Assembly: GCA_963760795.1 (NCBI GenBank)
Contig: CAVXEP010000013.1
Span: forward strand, 244,919 to 308,918
Source: an uncultured delta proteobacterium
GTDB taxonomy: Bacteria; Desulfobacterota; Binatia; UBA9968
DNA length: 64,000 nucleotides
Direction: 5' to 3'
Below the pieces are notes generated by a model, which saw only the letters and a list, made by a program, of their open reading frames with translations, had not been told where the DNA came from and ran no database searches. The position numbers and the translations under genes are program-made. Shown here in pieces: positions 32,266-42,731 of the stretch (its first letter is position 1; each line of letters begins with the position of its first letter).

Positions 32266-33393
32266 TCAGCTGGCTTTTTTCTGCGTGTAGCTCCACTCAT
32301 AGTCCCGATCGCGGTACGCCTCGTCCGGCATGACCGACTGCAATCCTTTGCGCGCCAACTCGGACTCGAACTTCTCGCGGATCATCGGGTCTTCAGCGGT
32401 GTACTCGATCTGATCGCGCGCGCGGTCTTCGACCTTTTCGCTGATGCCGTTGAGCCCGCGAGGCGGATGGATCGCCAGGTAACGCGCCGGCGCGCCGCCG
32501 ATGTTGAAATGTTGGTGAAACCAACGGTTGGGCGGCACGAACAAGCTCGCTTCATGCCAAGGAATTATGATTTTCTCGCCGCCCTCCGGCCACATGATCG
32601 AGTAGCCCTCGCCGGCGGGAATGACAATCAAGTAACCGGGTCCATGGCGGTGGCCTTTCTTATACGTCCGCGCCGGAAACACCGACATATGCGCCGAGAT
32701 CGCCGAGCTGGGAAATCCCACCCACACCACGTGACCACCGGCGCCGCGCCGCTCAAAATGATCGAGCCGGTCCCAGGCTCTCATGTCGGCGAAAAAATTA
32801 CCGAACCAAATGTTACGCCCGTCGCGCGCGCTGCCAGGCTCGTTGAGCGTCACGACTTTCGCTTCGGAATAAATCTCGCGCGCGCCCTGGCCGTAGAGCA
32901 GATCGTAATCCACCAGCGGATTATTGAAGAAATAATCCGGATCGGGCAGCACCGACATCGCCAGCGGCAAATAGCTGCAATGCAAGAGCTTCACCGACTG
33001 GTCGCCTTGCATGTTGCTCAACTGGCAATGATAGTTGCCCGGAATTAGAAACATCGCGTGGCTTTGCCACTCGAAAATCTTTTTCTCGCGCGTGCCGGCC
33101 CAGATGCTAGCGACGCCGCGTCCTTGCAAGACGTAGACGACTTCATCGATGGCAACCCTAAACGACGGTAGCGTTTTCCCCGGCGGAATCTCTGTTACAT
33201 AAGCGCCGGTCACGCCCTCCTGGCCGGCGAGCTGGATAAACGCCGCGTCACACTCGCGCTCCGGCCAATAGCCCAGCTCCACCGTGCGGCAATCTTCGAT
33301 GTAATAGCCGCGATGAATCGGCGCGCCGGTCGACTCGATCCAGTATTCATAGGGCGTTTTCTTGTCCCAAAAATTCGCCGTCGATCTAGCCAT
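32266..33393 (-). CDS. Bicupin protein
   Basis: 'GHRHGPG...FHQHFN'; homologous to 18972-20072. The N-terminal cupin lacks the His residues. Confidence 0.82.
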   Translation of the reverse strand: MARSTANFWDKKTPYEYWIESTGAPIHRGYYIEDCRTVELGYWPERECDAAFIQLAGQEGVTGAYVTEIPPGKTLPSFRVAIDEVVYVLQGRGVASIWAGTREKKIFEWQSHAMFLIPGNYHCQLSNMQGDQSVKLLHCSYLPLAMSVLPDPDYFFNNPLVDYDLLYGQGAREIYSEAKVVTLNEPGSARDGRNIWFGNFFADMRAWDRLDHFERRGAGGHVVWVGFPSSAISAHMSVFPARTYKKGHRHGPGYLIVIPAGEGYSIMWPEGGEKIIIPWHEASLFVPPNRWFHQHFNIGGAPARYLAIHPPRGLNGISEKVEDRARDQIEYTAEDPMIREKFESELARKGLQSVMPDEAYRDRDYEWSYTQKKAS

Positions 33394-33417
33394 GTCTGTC
33401 TCCGTCTAAATTCTAAC

Positions 33418-33485
33418 CGAGGATAGACGATGGAAGATCGAGGATCGAAAGAAACCATCCTCCATCCTCGATCCTCAATCCTCGA
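33418..33485. repeat. Heptamer-periodic hairpin (GAGGATC/ATCCTCG)
   Basis: CGAGGATAGACGATGGAAGATCGAGGATCG ... CCATCCTCCATCCTCGATCCTCAATCCTCG. Confidence 0.65.
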
Positions 33486-33513
33486 CGATTGTCGATCTCG
33501 TCTCACTTCGCGC

Positions 33514-34605
33514 TCACTTTTTCTTCGCCATCGCCTTCTCGACGATGTCATAGATCGGCGCCATATCGATATATTCCGGCTTATCCACCAGCAAATACTT
33601 CACACCGTCGACACGCCGCAATTCGCTGCGCACCATGTCCTTGGGAATATCGGTGCGCAGCGATTCTTCGGAATTGTACGGTGTGTTGGTCGCGCGCTGA
33701 AGCGCCGTCTGGCCCTCGCGCGAGAGTAGCCAATTGACAAACACGCGCGCAGCGTTCGGGTGCGGCGCCTGGGTCGGCAATATGACCGATCCCATGTTGC
33801 CGGCGGAAATCGCTCGGCTTTCTTTCCACTGCACCGTGCGAAATTCGTCCACCGGCAGCCCTTGAGCTTTGACTTTGAGGATTTCAGAGCAAAAAAAGCA
33901 GATGGCGAATTTTCCGTGCGCCAGCCAATCGGTCGCTTGACGAATTTCTTGGGTGAGCGTCACATCCATCTCACCATAAAGACGGCGAATAAACTCGGCG
34001 CCTAGTTCCGGTGTATGATAAAAGCCGCGCAGACCGATGCGCTGGCTGCCGGAAATCTTCGGATCGCGCGAAAGAATTTTGCCTTTCCACTTGGGTTGGA
34101 GAAAATCCCAGTAGGAACGAATCTCGCCCGCCTCCACCGACTTGGCATGGTAGGAAACATACTCGCTGACGTTGCCGACATAAACAAAAACGTATTGGTT
34201 CTCAGCGTCGATGTAGTGGTGCTGGCCGAGCCACCACTTGGACTCATCGACGACCTCGGGAAGGATCAGAGCCGCACGCACGCTGTTCAAAATTTTCGCG
34301 CGATAAAAAACTTCATAGGCCGTCGTCGCCCCGGCGATATAGGCGTCGACGAGATACTTCCCGGCGCGCCGCTCCGCCATAATCTTGGGCGCAAACGTAT
34401 TCCCCCGCCCGGGGGTCACGACCACGTTGATCTCCGGATATTTTTTTTGAAACAGCTGCGCCATCGCGCCGAGCTCGCCCTCGCCCTGGTAGAGATAGAG
34501 CGACAGCGAGCCTTCTTTCTTCGCCGCACTGACGGTGCGCTCCCACTCGATTTGCCAGTTAGGTTTAGATTCAGCGGCGTAAGCGACGCTGACCGACAGA
34601 AGCAC
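33514..34605 (-). CDS. Extracellular solute-binding protein paralog
   Basis: Family motifs. Start may be ATG 34646 with an indel. Confidence 0.87.
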   Translation of the reverse strand: MLLSVSVAYAAESKPNWQIEWERTVSAAKKEGSLSLYLYQGEGELGAMAQLFQKKYPEINVVVTPGRGNTFAPKIMAERRAGKYLVDAYIAGATTAYEVFYRAKILNSVRAALILPEVVDESKWWLGQHHYIDAENQYVFVYVGNVSEYVSYHAKSVEAGEIRSYWDFLQPKWKGKILSRDPKISGSQRIGLRGFYHTPELGAEFIRRLYGEMDVTLTQEIRQATDWLAHGKFAICFFCSEILKVKAQGLPVDEFRTVQWKESRAISAGNMGSVILPTQAPHPNAARVFVNWLLSREGQTALQRATNTPYNSEESLRTDIPKDMVRSELRRVDGVKYLLVDKPEYIDMAPIYDIVEKAMAKKK

Positions 34606-34906
34606 AAACGAAATACCAGCATTGATCTAAGAGAATACACGCTCATCGCAGGCTCCGAATTCTTGCCCCGTCAGCCAAGGGTGTTTCAGCTGTCATTCCG
34701 AGGTCCTTCGACATATTCAGGATAAACTCCGCCGAGGAATCTCGCCTTCGTAAGTGTCCTCCCATTCGCTACTCAGCAAAGCGGGCGCGATGAATCGCCC
34801 CGCTACGGAGTCCGATTTTTTGCGTCCTTTGCGGCCACTTCCGGTTCCGATTCTTCGTCGGTCAACAATTTGAACGGCTTGAACGATTGGAGCGATTGAA
34901 ACAGTC

Positions 34907-36076
34907 CTACGCTTTCGGCGGCACATGATAAGTCACGGAACCCGCCTTACCCACTTCCAGGGAATGATCCATTTTGGTGTCGATGATCGGGTGATTGGGG
35001 TCCCGAAAGACGTTCATCGGCTCCAAGCCCTGCGCTACTTTCTTGATTTCGCGCGCCAACATTTCCCGATAGACGACCACGCCGCGATCCGATGCGGCAA
35101 GCCGCTCGCGCGTGCGGTCGAGCACCGGCCCCTGGGTTTCCCAGGCCATGAAATCTTGAGCGTCGACTTCGTCGAGGCGAAACTTCGTGTCGGGATGGCG
35201 GGCGCCGAGCGGGTTCTTGAACGGCTTGCGGTAACTGACCGGCACTTCGTCTTTGTTCGCGTGCGGCTCGGCGGAGTCCGGCACGAAGTGGACATAAACG
35301 ATCCAGGTGTGCGTGTCGTCGATGGGCACGCGAATCTGCGTGCGGTTGGCTTGGCGCAGCACCGTCGGGAATAACAGCGGATGCTCCTCGACTTTGCCAT
35401 CTTTGAATACGCGCCGTTTGATCACACCGTGATCAAACTCCTCAACCTCGAACTTTACTAAATTATCGATGGTGCCCCGGGTCGTGCTCTCGACTTTGAA
35501 GCCGTCGGTTACCAGCTCTTGATGCAGAACATGCAGATGAGCCGTGTCGACGGAATTCTCCATCGCTTGCAGCCAGTTACAGTCGAGCTGCGGCAAGGCG
35601 CGGAGCCAATGCCAGCCGTCAGTGCGCGCCCAGACATCGTATTTGGGCATCGCCGGCGCCGGCTGCGGGCCGAAATAGGCCCAGTAGAGGCCGGCGAGCT
35701 TCTGCACCGGATAGGCTTTTTGTTTGACCGTGTGGCAGAACTTACTGTCCGCCGGTTCCGCCGGCGTCTCCAGGCAGTTGCCCTTTATATCGTAAAGCCA
35801 GCCATGGTACGCGCAGGCAAGGCCGCGCTCCTCGACCCGGCCGTAGGAAAGCGACACACCGCGATGGGCGCAGCGATCATGCAAAAGCCCGACCTCGCCG
35901 CCGGTGGTTTGGAACAAGACCAAATCCTCGCCGAGGATGCGCAGAAACTTGGTCGGATTTTCCGCGGTCAAGTCCGCCGCGATCGCCACCGGATGCCAGT
36001 AGCGCCGCAGCAATTCCCCCGCCGGCGTGCCGGGACCGACTTTGGTCATCATTTCATTTTCTTCAGCGGTCAACAT
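34907..36076 (-). CDS. Rieske non-heme iron oxygenase, phthalate 4,5-dioxygenase-like
   Basis: 'CAHRG...CAYHGW', 'ENSVDTAHLHVLH'. Confidence 0.92.
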   Translation of the reverse strand: MLTAEENEMMTKVGPGTPAGELLRRYWHPVAIAADLTAENPTKFLRILGEDLVLFQTTGGEVGLLHDRCAHRGVSLSYGRVEERGLACAYHGWLYDIKGNCLETPAEPADSKFCHTVKQKAYPVQKLAGLYWAYFGPQPAPAMPKYDVWARTDGWHWLRALPQLDCNWLQAMENSVDTAHLHVLHQELVTDGFKVESTTRGTIDNLVKFEVEEFDHGVIKRRVFKDGKVEEHPLLFPTVLRQANRTQIRVPIDDTHTWIVYVHFVPDSAEPHANKDEVPVSYRKPFKNPLGARHPDTKFRLDEVDAQDFMAWETQGPVLDRTRERLAASDRGVVVYREMLAREIKKVAQGLEPMNVFRDPNHPIIDTKMDHSLEVGKAGSVTYHVPPKA

Positions 36077-36153
36077 TTTCTACTCCCCCTTAAACATCGA
36101 CGAACAGACGCGTCATCCGCGATTCTCAATCCTCTATCCTCAGAACCGCTCCG

Positions 36154-37284
36154 TCATTTCTTACCGGCTAAAACCTCATCCATCAACTTGGTCACCGGCG
36201 TAACATCCCGCGTGCCCAGCTCGTCGGGATCGAAATACTTACCGCCGTCAAGGCGCCGCTCCGGCGCCGGAATGTGATCCTTGGGCACGTCGATGCGCCG
36301 TGAGTTCTTTGCCTCTCCCGGCGTGCTGATCACGCGCTGGAAGGCGCTTTGCCCTTCGCGCGAGAGCAGCCAATTGACAAAAACCTTGGCGGCATTGGGA
36401 TGGGGCGCGCGGTTCATCAAGGCAAGTTGGCCGAAGGCTGCCGAGATGCTCGCGCCCTCTTTGAAATGATGCGGATCGAATTCGTCCACCGGCAGCCCCT
36501 GCGCCTTGGCTTTGACCGTGTAAGAACCTTGCGTCGGCATCGACAAGGCGAACTTACCCGCCGCCAGCCAATCCATCGCCTGACGCCCGTCGGCGGTCAA
36601 AGTAACGTCCATCTCGCCGTAAAAACGGCGCAGAAACTCCGGGCCGAGATCGGCGTGGTAATAAAGATATTGGAACGACGGCCCGGAACCGCGCACCCGC
36701 CGAAGATCGGGAGAGACGATCTTGCCTTTGAGTTTGGGGTTGAGAAAGTCCCATAAGGATTTGTAGTCTTTCGGATTGATCAGATTGCTGTTGTAGGCCG
36801 GACTCGCCCCCGCCGCCACGTTGGCTTCGTAGACAATAATGTAGCGCCCTTCGCGGTCGGCATATCTTTGCTTGCCCTCCCACCACTTGGTCGGATCGAT
36901 CACTTCAGGCAAGATCAGCGCCGGCTTGAGCGGATCGAGCATCTTGGCGAGATAAAGATTCTGATAGATCGAGCCGCCGCCGCCACTGTAAACATCGGCG
37001 AGATACTTGTCGCCGCGCCGCTCGGCGACGATGCGCGGCGCGAGCTGGGTGCCTGAGCCGGTGACGCTGGTAACCTTGATTTTAGGATAAGCCTTCTGAA
37101 ACACCCCCGAATCGATCAACGCGCCATAGCCGGCGATGTAGACCGTCAACTGCCCTTCTTCCTCCGCAGCCTTGACCGTCCGCTCCCATTCGGCTTGCCA
37201 CGCCGGCTTGGGCTCGGCCGCTAAAACTGGGATAGCGGCGCACCAAACAAAGGCAAGCAACAATAGACAAGTCAGATGCTTCAT
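36154..37284 (-). CDS. Extracellular solute-binding protein paralog
   Basis: Intact 376-aa ORF with signal peptide and family motifs. Confidence 0.9.
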   Translation of the reverse strand: MKHLTCLLLLAFVWCAAIPVLAAEPKPAWQAEWERTVKAAEEEGQLTVYIAGYGALIDSGVFQKAYPKIKVTSVTGSGTQLAPRIVAERRGDKYLADVYSGGGGSIYQNLYLAKMLDPLKPALILPEVIDPTKWWEGKQRYADREGRYIIVYEANVAAGASPAYNSNLINPKDYKSLWDFLNPKLKGKIVSPDLRRVRGSGPSFQYLYYHADLGPEFLRRFYGEMDVTLTADGRQAMDWLAAGKFALSMPTQGSYTVKAKAQGLPVDEFDPHHFKEGASISAAFGQLALMNRAPHPNAAKVFVNWLLSREGQSAFQRVISTPGEAKNSRRIDVPKDHIPAPERRLDGGKYFDPDELGTRDVTPVTKLMDEVLAGKK

Positions 37285-37373
37285 AAGAGCCTCAAACCTG
37301 GCCTACTCCCGGCAAGGAGGATGGGACAAATCCGAAACCTTGAACTGTTGAACCCTTGAACCTTGAACAAGTT

Positions 37374-38561
37374 TCACTCCGGACTCGGCACCTGATGCGA
37401 CAGCATGATCTCTTTGCGCTGCTTTGCCGACTCCAGCATCGCCAGGCAAACTTCCAAGGTCGCCGCGCCCCAGCGGCCGCCGTGAAACACCGGCCGCCCT
37501 TTCACCACCGCGTCGTACAATTCTTCAACTTCCGCCTCGCGGCCACGGCTGCCCGCCGGCAGTGTAATCTCCCGTTGCTCGCTCTCGCCGTAAATCTTCA
37601 GCCCATCCGGCGTCTGGCGAATATCGCCCTTCTGACAGCTTACCACGGTGTGGCCGAAAAACGGCTGCTTGCGCGCGCCGCTCCAGACATGGCTGTACTC
37701 GCCCTCACGCTTGCCGCCAAAGCGCATGCCTTCTTTTAACTGCTCTTCTTCTTCCGCCGTGCGCACTTCGCGTAATTTTTCTCGCACTGTCAAATTGGTC
37801 TCGGGCGGCCGATGTTGCCCGCCCTCGCCGACCCAATCGAACAATTCCGCGGTATCGAAAAAGCCATAGCCGCTATATACCAGCGTCGCCGGCGTGCCGT
37901 CTGCGAATTCTAAATAACAAGTATAGCTGCCTTCCCACTCGCGCGCCGGGTCCCAGATACCGGTCATGGCGCGCACACTGCGCACCATGCCGCCGCCGAT
38001 CAAGCGCACCACGTCGACATGGTGCGGTCCTTGATTGAGCACCACGCCGCGGGTCATGGCCAGCTCATGCTTCATCCGGGGACGGTACATGAACTCGTTG
38101 TAGTTCCAGGTATTGATCATGCACAGCTTGCCGAGCTCGCCGCTTTTGACGATCTCGCGGATCTTGCGGATCGGCGGATCGAAGCTATGGGTGTGGCCGC
38201 ACAGCAATTTAACGCCGTATTTGTCCGCCGCTTCATTCATGGCGTCGCATTCCGCCAGATTCATCGCCATGGGTTTTTCGACGATGATATGCTTTTTGTG
38301 CTTGGCGGCGAGAATCGCGTGCTCCGCGTGCAGCGAATTGGGCGTGGCGATGTAGACCGCGTCGACGTTGCGGCTGGCGCATAACTCCTCGACGCTGGTG
38401 TAGCCTTCGGCCTGATACTGCTCGCGGAACTTTGCCACGGCGTCCGCGCGCATATCCGCGGCTGCGGTGATTTTGATAAACGGCAACTTGGCGATGGGCG
38501 GCATGATCTGCGTGCTCGCCACGCCCAAGCCAGCCATGCCTAATCGAAGAATGTCACTCAT
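37374..38561 (-). CDS. Gfo/Idh/MocA oxidoreductase, phthalate 4,5-cis-dihydrodiol dehydrogenase-like
   Basis: 'LRLGMAGLG', 'VEKPMA', 'GHTHSFD.P', 'YNEFMYRPR..EL', 'YSGYGFFD'. ATG at 38561. Confidence 0.85.
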   Translation of the reverse strand: MSDILRLGMAGLGVASTQIMPPIAKLPFIKITAAADMRADAVAKFREQYQAEGYTSVEELCASRNVDAVYIATPNSLHAEHAILAAKHKKHIIVEKPMAMNLAECDAMNEAADKYGVKLLCGHTHSFDPPIRKIREIVKSGELGKLCMINTWNYNEFMYRPRMKHELAMTRGVVLNQGPHHVDVVRLIGGGMVRSVRAMTGIWDPAREWEGSYTCYLEFADGTPATLVYSGYGFFDTAELFDWVGEGGQHRPPETNLTVREKLREVRTAEEEEQLKEGMRFGGKREGEYSHVWSGARKQPFFGHTVVSCQKGDIRQTPDGLKIYGESEQREITLPAGSRGREAEVEELYDAVVKGRPVFHGGRWGAATLEVCLAMLESAKQRKEIMLSHQVPSPE

Positions 38562-38689
38562 TGATTGTTCCTTCGCTGCAGGCTTTCTTCCCTCCTCTCC
38601 CTCTGGGAGAGGACCGAGGTGAGGGCGCATTTTGTACGAATGCGATGGCCCTCACCCTTCCCACTCCCAAAAGGCGAGGGTTAAATTCA

Positions 38690-39970
38690 CTACGCGGACA
38701 AACTTTGCTCGGCAATTTTTTGTTGCACGATGGACCTAATATCCGCGGTCTTTGGAGCGACCTCTGAAATGACCGCGAGGTGCGCAAAGTCATTCTTACG
38801 CGGATCGCGCACCACATGCAGCGGATCGCGCCCTTCCTTCACGTCTTGAATGCCCTTGAGCAATAGCTTGCGCGCGGCGACAATCGCCTTGTCCGAAGTC
38901 ACCAGATGTTCCTTGGTCCGGTCTTGGATCGTTCCGGCGCCTTCGATGACGCAGGCGTCCTGCGCCTGGAAGTTGTAGCCGATGCCGCTGAAGGTTTTAT
39001 CTTTCATTGACGCGCGGTCTTGCAAGTAGCGGTTCGCCTTGGTGCGGGTCATACGATAGTCGGGCTGCAACTCGTCGCGCCCGCGCAGCATCATCGACCG
39101 GTCGAGCGCGCGCTTGCGGCTGAAAACGATGACGAACTTCCAGTGATTGTAGTCGTCGATCGGCACATGCCAGTTGACCGAGTAACCCTCCGCCGCGGTC
39201 TGGCCGGGGAAGGTGCTGAAGTTGGGCATGATGAAATTCGACGTGCGAAAATAAATCTTGTCGTCGTCGAGGTTGCGAATGGAAAAAATCCGCACGCCAA
39301 AATCGGTCAGCTCGACTTCGATGCGCGGCGCGATATCGGCGCCGAACAGCGAATTGGGCGAACTCTCGCTGCCCGGCACGCGCCGCTTCTTGTCGGTTTC
39401 GGAAAGTTCGAGATTGCGGTGCAGGAAGGACAGATGCACCGGATCGATATTGCCTTCATTTGATTGAAGGTAATTGCACGAGTGATGAATCTTCGAGACG
39501 AAGCGCTGGTCGTCGGGAACTTGAAGAAACTCATAGTTAGGCAACAGCGGCGGCTCGCCGGGACCGATATAGGCGAGAATGACGCCGCCGATCTCGCGGC
39601 AAGGAAAGGACGGCTGGCAAAAGTCATCGCGATGCTCGCCGCCGTTGGGCTCGCCGGGCTGTTCGAGAATCTTGCCGTTCACGTCATAGAGCCAGCCATG
39701 GTAAATACAGCGCAGCCCGCCGTCTTCCAACCGGCCGTAGGTCAAATCGGCGCCGCGATGGCAACAATGCGCATCGAGCACGCCGACACGCCCTTTGTCG
39801 TCGCGAAAAATCGCCAACTCCTCACCCATCAATGTTACCGCCACCGGCGCGCCGTCGGCTTTCAACTCTTCCGACAACGCCACCGGCTGCCAATAGCGGC
39901 GCAAGAGTTCGCCGCACGGCGTGCCGGCGTTGGTTTGAGTTAGAAGTTGATTTTCCTCCCGACTGATCAT
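38690..39970 (-). CDS. Rieske non-heme iron oxygenase, phthalate 4,5-dioxygenase-like
   Basis: 'CCHRGADL...CIYHGW', 'EGNIDPVHLSFLH'. Confidence 0.92.
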   Translation of the reverse strand: MISREENQLLTQTNAGTPCGELLRRYWQPVALSEELKADGAPVAVTLMGEELAIFRDDKGRVGVLDAHCCHRGADLTYGRLEDGGLRCIYHGWLYDVNGKILEQPGEPNGGEHRDDFCQPSFPCREIGGVILAYIGPGEPPLLPNYEFLQVPDDQRFVSKIHHSCNYLQSNEGNIDPVHLSFLHRNLELSETDKKRRVPGSESSPNSLFGADIAPRIEVELTDFGVRIFSIRNLDDDKIYFRTSNFIMPNFSTFPGQTAAEGYSVNWHVPIDDYNHWKFVIVFSRKRALDRSMMLRGRDELQPDYRMTRTKANRYLQDRASMKDKTFSGIGYNFQAQDACVIEGAGTIQDRTKEHLVTSDKAIVAARKLLLKGIQDVKEGRDPLHVVRDPRKNDFAHLAVISEVAPKTADIRSIVQQKIAEQSLSA

Positions 39971-40066
39971 CTGGTAATTCCCTCGCTTTATTATCTACGT
40001 CCCATCGCCCGCTTGCGGAAGGGGCTAGGGTGAGGGTTCTTTGCAGGGGCGACCGGCCGGTCGCCC

Positions 40067-41554
40067 TCACGCCCCCGGAAACGGGATCACTCCTTTGAAC
40101 TTGGCGATGGTCTTCTCGCGCAGCTCGCGGCTCGACCGGCTGACTTTGGGAAACTTATCTTTCCAATGATACGGCCGCACGGCGTAGAAGATCGCCCGGC
40201 CGTTGGTGTGATCCTTGTTATCGCGCTTTTCCGGCGGCATGCGCGGATCGAGGGGCGTGCTCCAGCAGCCGTCGATGATGTCGATATTGGTCGGCGGATC
40301 GACCCGCGTCATCATCGCCCACAGCACTTCTTTCATATTGGTCGGGTCGATATCCTCGTCGACCACCACCACGTAACGGCCGTTACGATTGGCCGCCGCG
40401 CAGCTGAGCGCCGCTTGCCCCGCCTGCTTGGCATGTCCGGCGTATTTTTGCTTGATCGAAACGACGGTCATATAGGAAGTGTGATTGTAGACGCCGGCGA
40501 TGTCTTGAATGCCGGCGCTCTCCAATTGATCCCACAGCACGCCGGCGGAGATATGCAGATCCATCTTCACCGCCCCCGGCCACAGCGGCGCCTCGTCTTC
40601 GAGGATCGGATCGTTGCGGTAGTAGATCGCTTTGATGCGAATGATCGGTTGGTTCTCGCCGGTGCCGCCGGTGCCGCCGGAATAATAACCCGGCCATTCG
40701 CCGAACGGTCCTTCGGGCCGCGCCTCTTCCGACGGCGGCGGAATCTCGCCTTCAATGGCGATCTCCGAGGACGCCGGTATCGGCAAGCCGGTAATCGGCC
40801 CGCGTAAAACTTCCAGCGGCCGGCCCATCAAGCCGCCGGAGATTTCCATCTCCGAGCGGCCGTAGGGAAACTTCGTGTACGACGGCATGAACACCATCGG
40901 ATGCTGGCCGTAACTCGCCACCACCGGGCAGCTCTTGCCCTTGTCCCAATACTTGGCGCAAATCTGCCGGCCGTTCTGGCCGGGGCTCATCCAAAGGCCG
41001 AGCGTGTTTTTGTCGTGCAACTGCATGCGGTAGGTGCCGCTGTTGACATAACCGTTGTCGGGATCGCGATTGATCAATCCGCCGCCGGGCCCAAAGTAGC
41101 GCCCGCCGTCGTTCTCGTGAAATCGCAACGCGGGAAACTTGAGCAAGTTAACGTCGCTGCCGGTCAATTTGTTTTCGAACAGCGGCGAGCTGCTTACTTC
41201 CTTCGGCGCAATCGGCTCGGCACTGCGCACCTTGCGCGCCGCCAGACGCAAGGTTTCTAATTTAGTCTTGTCGGTGGGCAATCCCAGCGCCAAGGCCACG
41301 CGGCGGTACGCCGCGTAAGGCAAGCTGCAAACCCGAAACCCCGCCGGATAGCCTTTGACCTTGTCGAAGATCAGCATCGGCGGTTGCGACACCAACTCGG
41401 CGGTGGACTCGACCAACGCGCCGATCTCGGCATCCCAATCCGCTCCTTCGATGATCCGAAAGTCGCTGATCTTTTTCGCCTCTTCAATGAAGCTGCGGAA
41501 ATCTGTGTAAGCAAGTTCGCCATATTTAGTTCTCCTCGAATTATCGTCTGTCAT
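40067..41554 (-). CDS. UbiD-family prFMN-dependent decarboxylase
   Basis: 'DGGRY', 'N.GTYR', 'EGPFGEWPGYY', 'VVVDEDIDP', 'STPLDP'. Confidence 0.9.
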   Translation of the reverse strand: MTDDNSRRTKYGELAYTDFRSFIEEAKKISDFRIIEGADWDAEIGALVESTAELVSQPPMLIFDKVKGYPAGFRVCSLPYAAYRRVALALGLPTDKTKLETLRLAARKVRSAEPIAPKEVSSSPLFENKLTGSDVNLLKFPALRFHENDGGRYFGPGGGLINRDPDNGYVNSGTYRMQLHDKNTLGLWMSPGQNGRQICAKYWDKGKSCPVVASYGQHPMVFMPSYTKFPYGRSEMEISGGLMGRPLEVLRGPITGLPIPASSEIAIEGEIPPPSEEARPEGPFGEWPGYYSGGTGGTGENQPIIRIKAIYYRNDPILEDEAPLWPGAVKMDLHISAGVLWDQLESAGIQDIAGVYNHTSYMTVVSIKQKYAGHAKQAGQAALSCAAANRNGRYVVVVDEDIDPTNMKEVLWAMMTRVDPPTNIDIIDGCWSTPLDPRMPPEKRDNKDHTNGRAIFYAVRPYHWKDKFPKVSRSSRELREKTIAKFKGVIPFPGA

Positions 41555-41692
41555 GTTCGACTAGCGACAGACCACCACGGCGTGCCACGAGGCCGAATCG
41601 CGATATTTGCTCCTACTTCGGATCCTTCTTGGAATCCGAATTTGCGTCCACTTTGCGTCCCTTGCGCCCTTTGCGTTCTTTGCGGCCAATCC

Positions 41693-42731
41693 TCACTCTT
41701 CCACGACTGAAATCTCCGACTTCACGCCGTTGCGCTGCAACTCTGCCAAGTACAGTCGGATGAATATCCGCAGGCTCCTCGTCCAAGGGGATCATCTCAT
41801 GCAGCTTGGTGCGGAAACGGTCCTGGCTGAACTTCGGGCTGCGGCCGCGCATGGCGAAGTGGCGCAGCGTCGAATGGCCGGTGTTGAAATGGCCGTGGTA
41901 CATGAGATCGCCGGGCGAGTAGATCGAGCCCGGCTTGATCTCGAAGCGCGTGCGCTCGTCGCCTTCGCGCCAGACCATCGCGAAGCCGCTGCCTTGGGTC
42001 ACGCAAACGATGGCGCCGGGACCATGGCGGTGAAACAGGCTGCGGCTGCCCGCTGGGAATTCTTGAACGTGGCAGCCGTAAGTCGTGCCGGCCAGGCCGA
42101 AGCGCATGATCTTCACGCCCTTGCCCTTCATTGGATAATCGTCGAGGGCAAACTGATTGACGTCGGGAACCAGATTGGACTCCCATGACCGTACCGTCAA
42201 TTTCTTGTTCTCATTGAAAAATTCCCGGTCCGGCCGGAAGCGGTCGCGAAACTGGAATGGATTGCGAAAAATAAAATCCTCGTTGTGAAATAAATTAATC
42301 ACGTGAGGCGCGTTGGTGCCGGCGAGAAAGCGCACCGGCTCATTGGACGCGTTGAAGTGCTGATAGGAAACGTTGAGCGGAATCGCGAAGATCGCCCCCG
42401 CCGCCCACTCGAAAGTCTGCTTGGCGTCGCCCTCGAACCAAACCGTGGTCGCGCCCCGCCCTTTGTGAATGTAGATCAGCGTCTCGAACATATGATGCTG
42501 CGGCTCGGTCTGCTTGCCGGCGGGAATCTCGCAGATATAGGCGTCGTTCTCCTGCTGCTCGCCCATGTTCAGGTAGGAGCCGAGCGCCCCCATGCGCGCC
42601 CAAGGCTTGACCTCGACGTCCATCAAGTCTTCGATGAAAAAGCCGGTGACCGAGGGGATACCCTCTTTCTCCTGAAACAGTTCATAAGCTGTCAGACCCA
42701 GCTGAATCGGGTCGCGGTGCGGCAATCGCAT
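41693..42731 (-). CDS. Bicupin protein (C-terminal indel)
   Basis: 'QHHMFETLIY...YQHFN' and 'HRHGPG...HGHFN'. Probable stop TGA at 41693. Confidence 0.8.
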
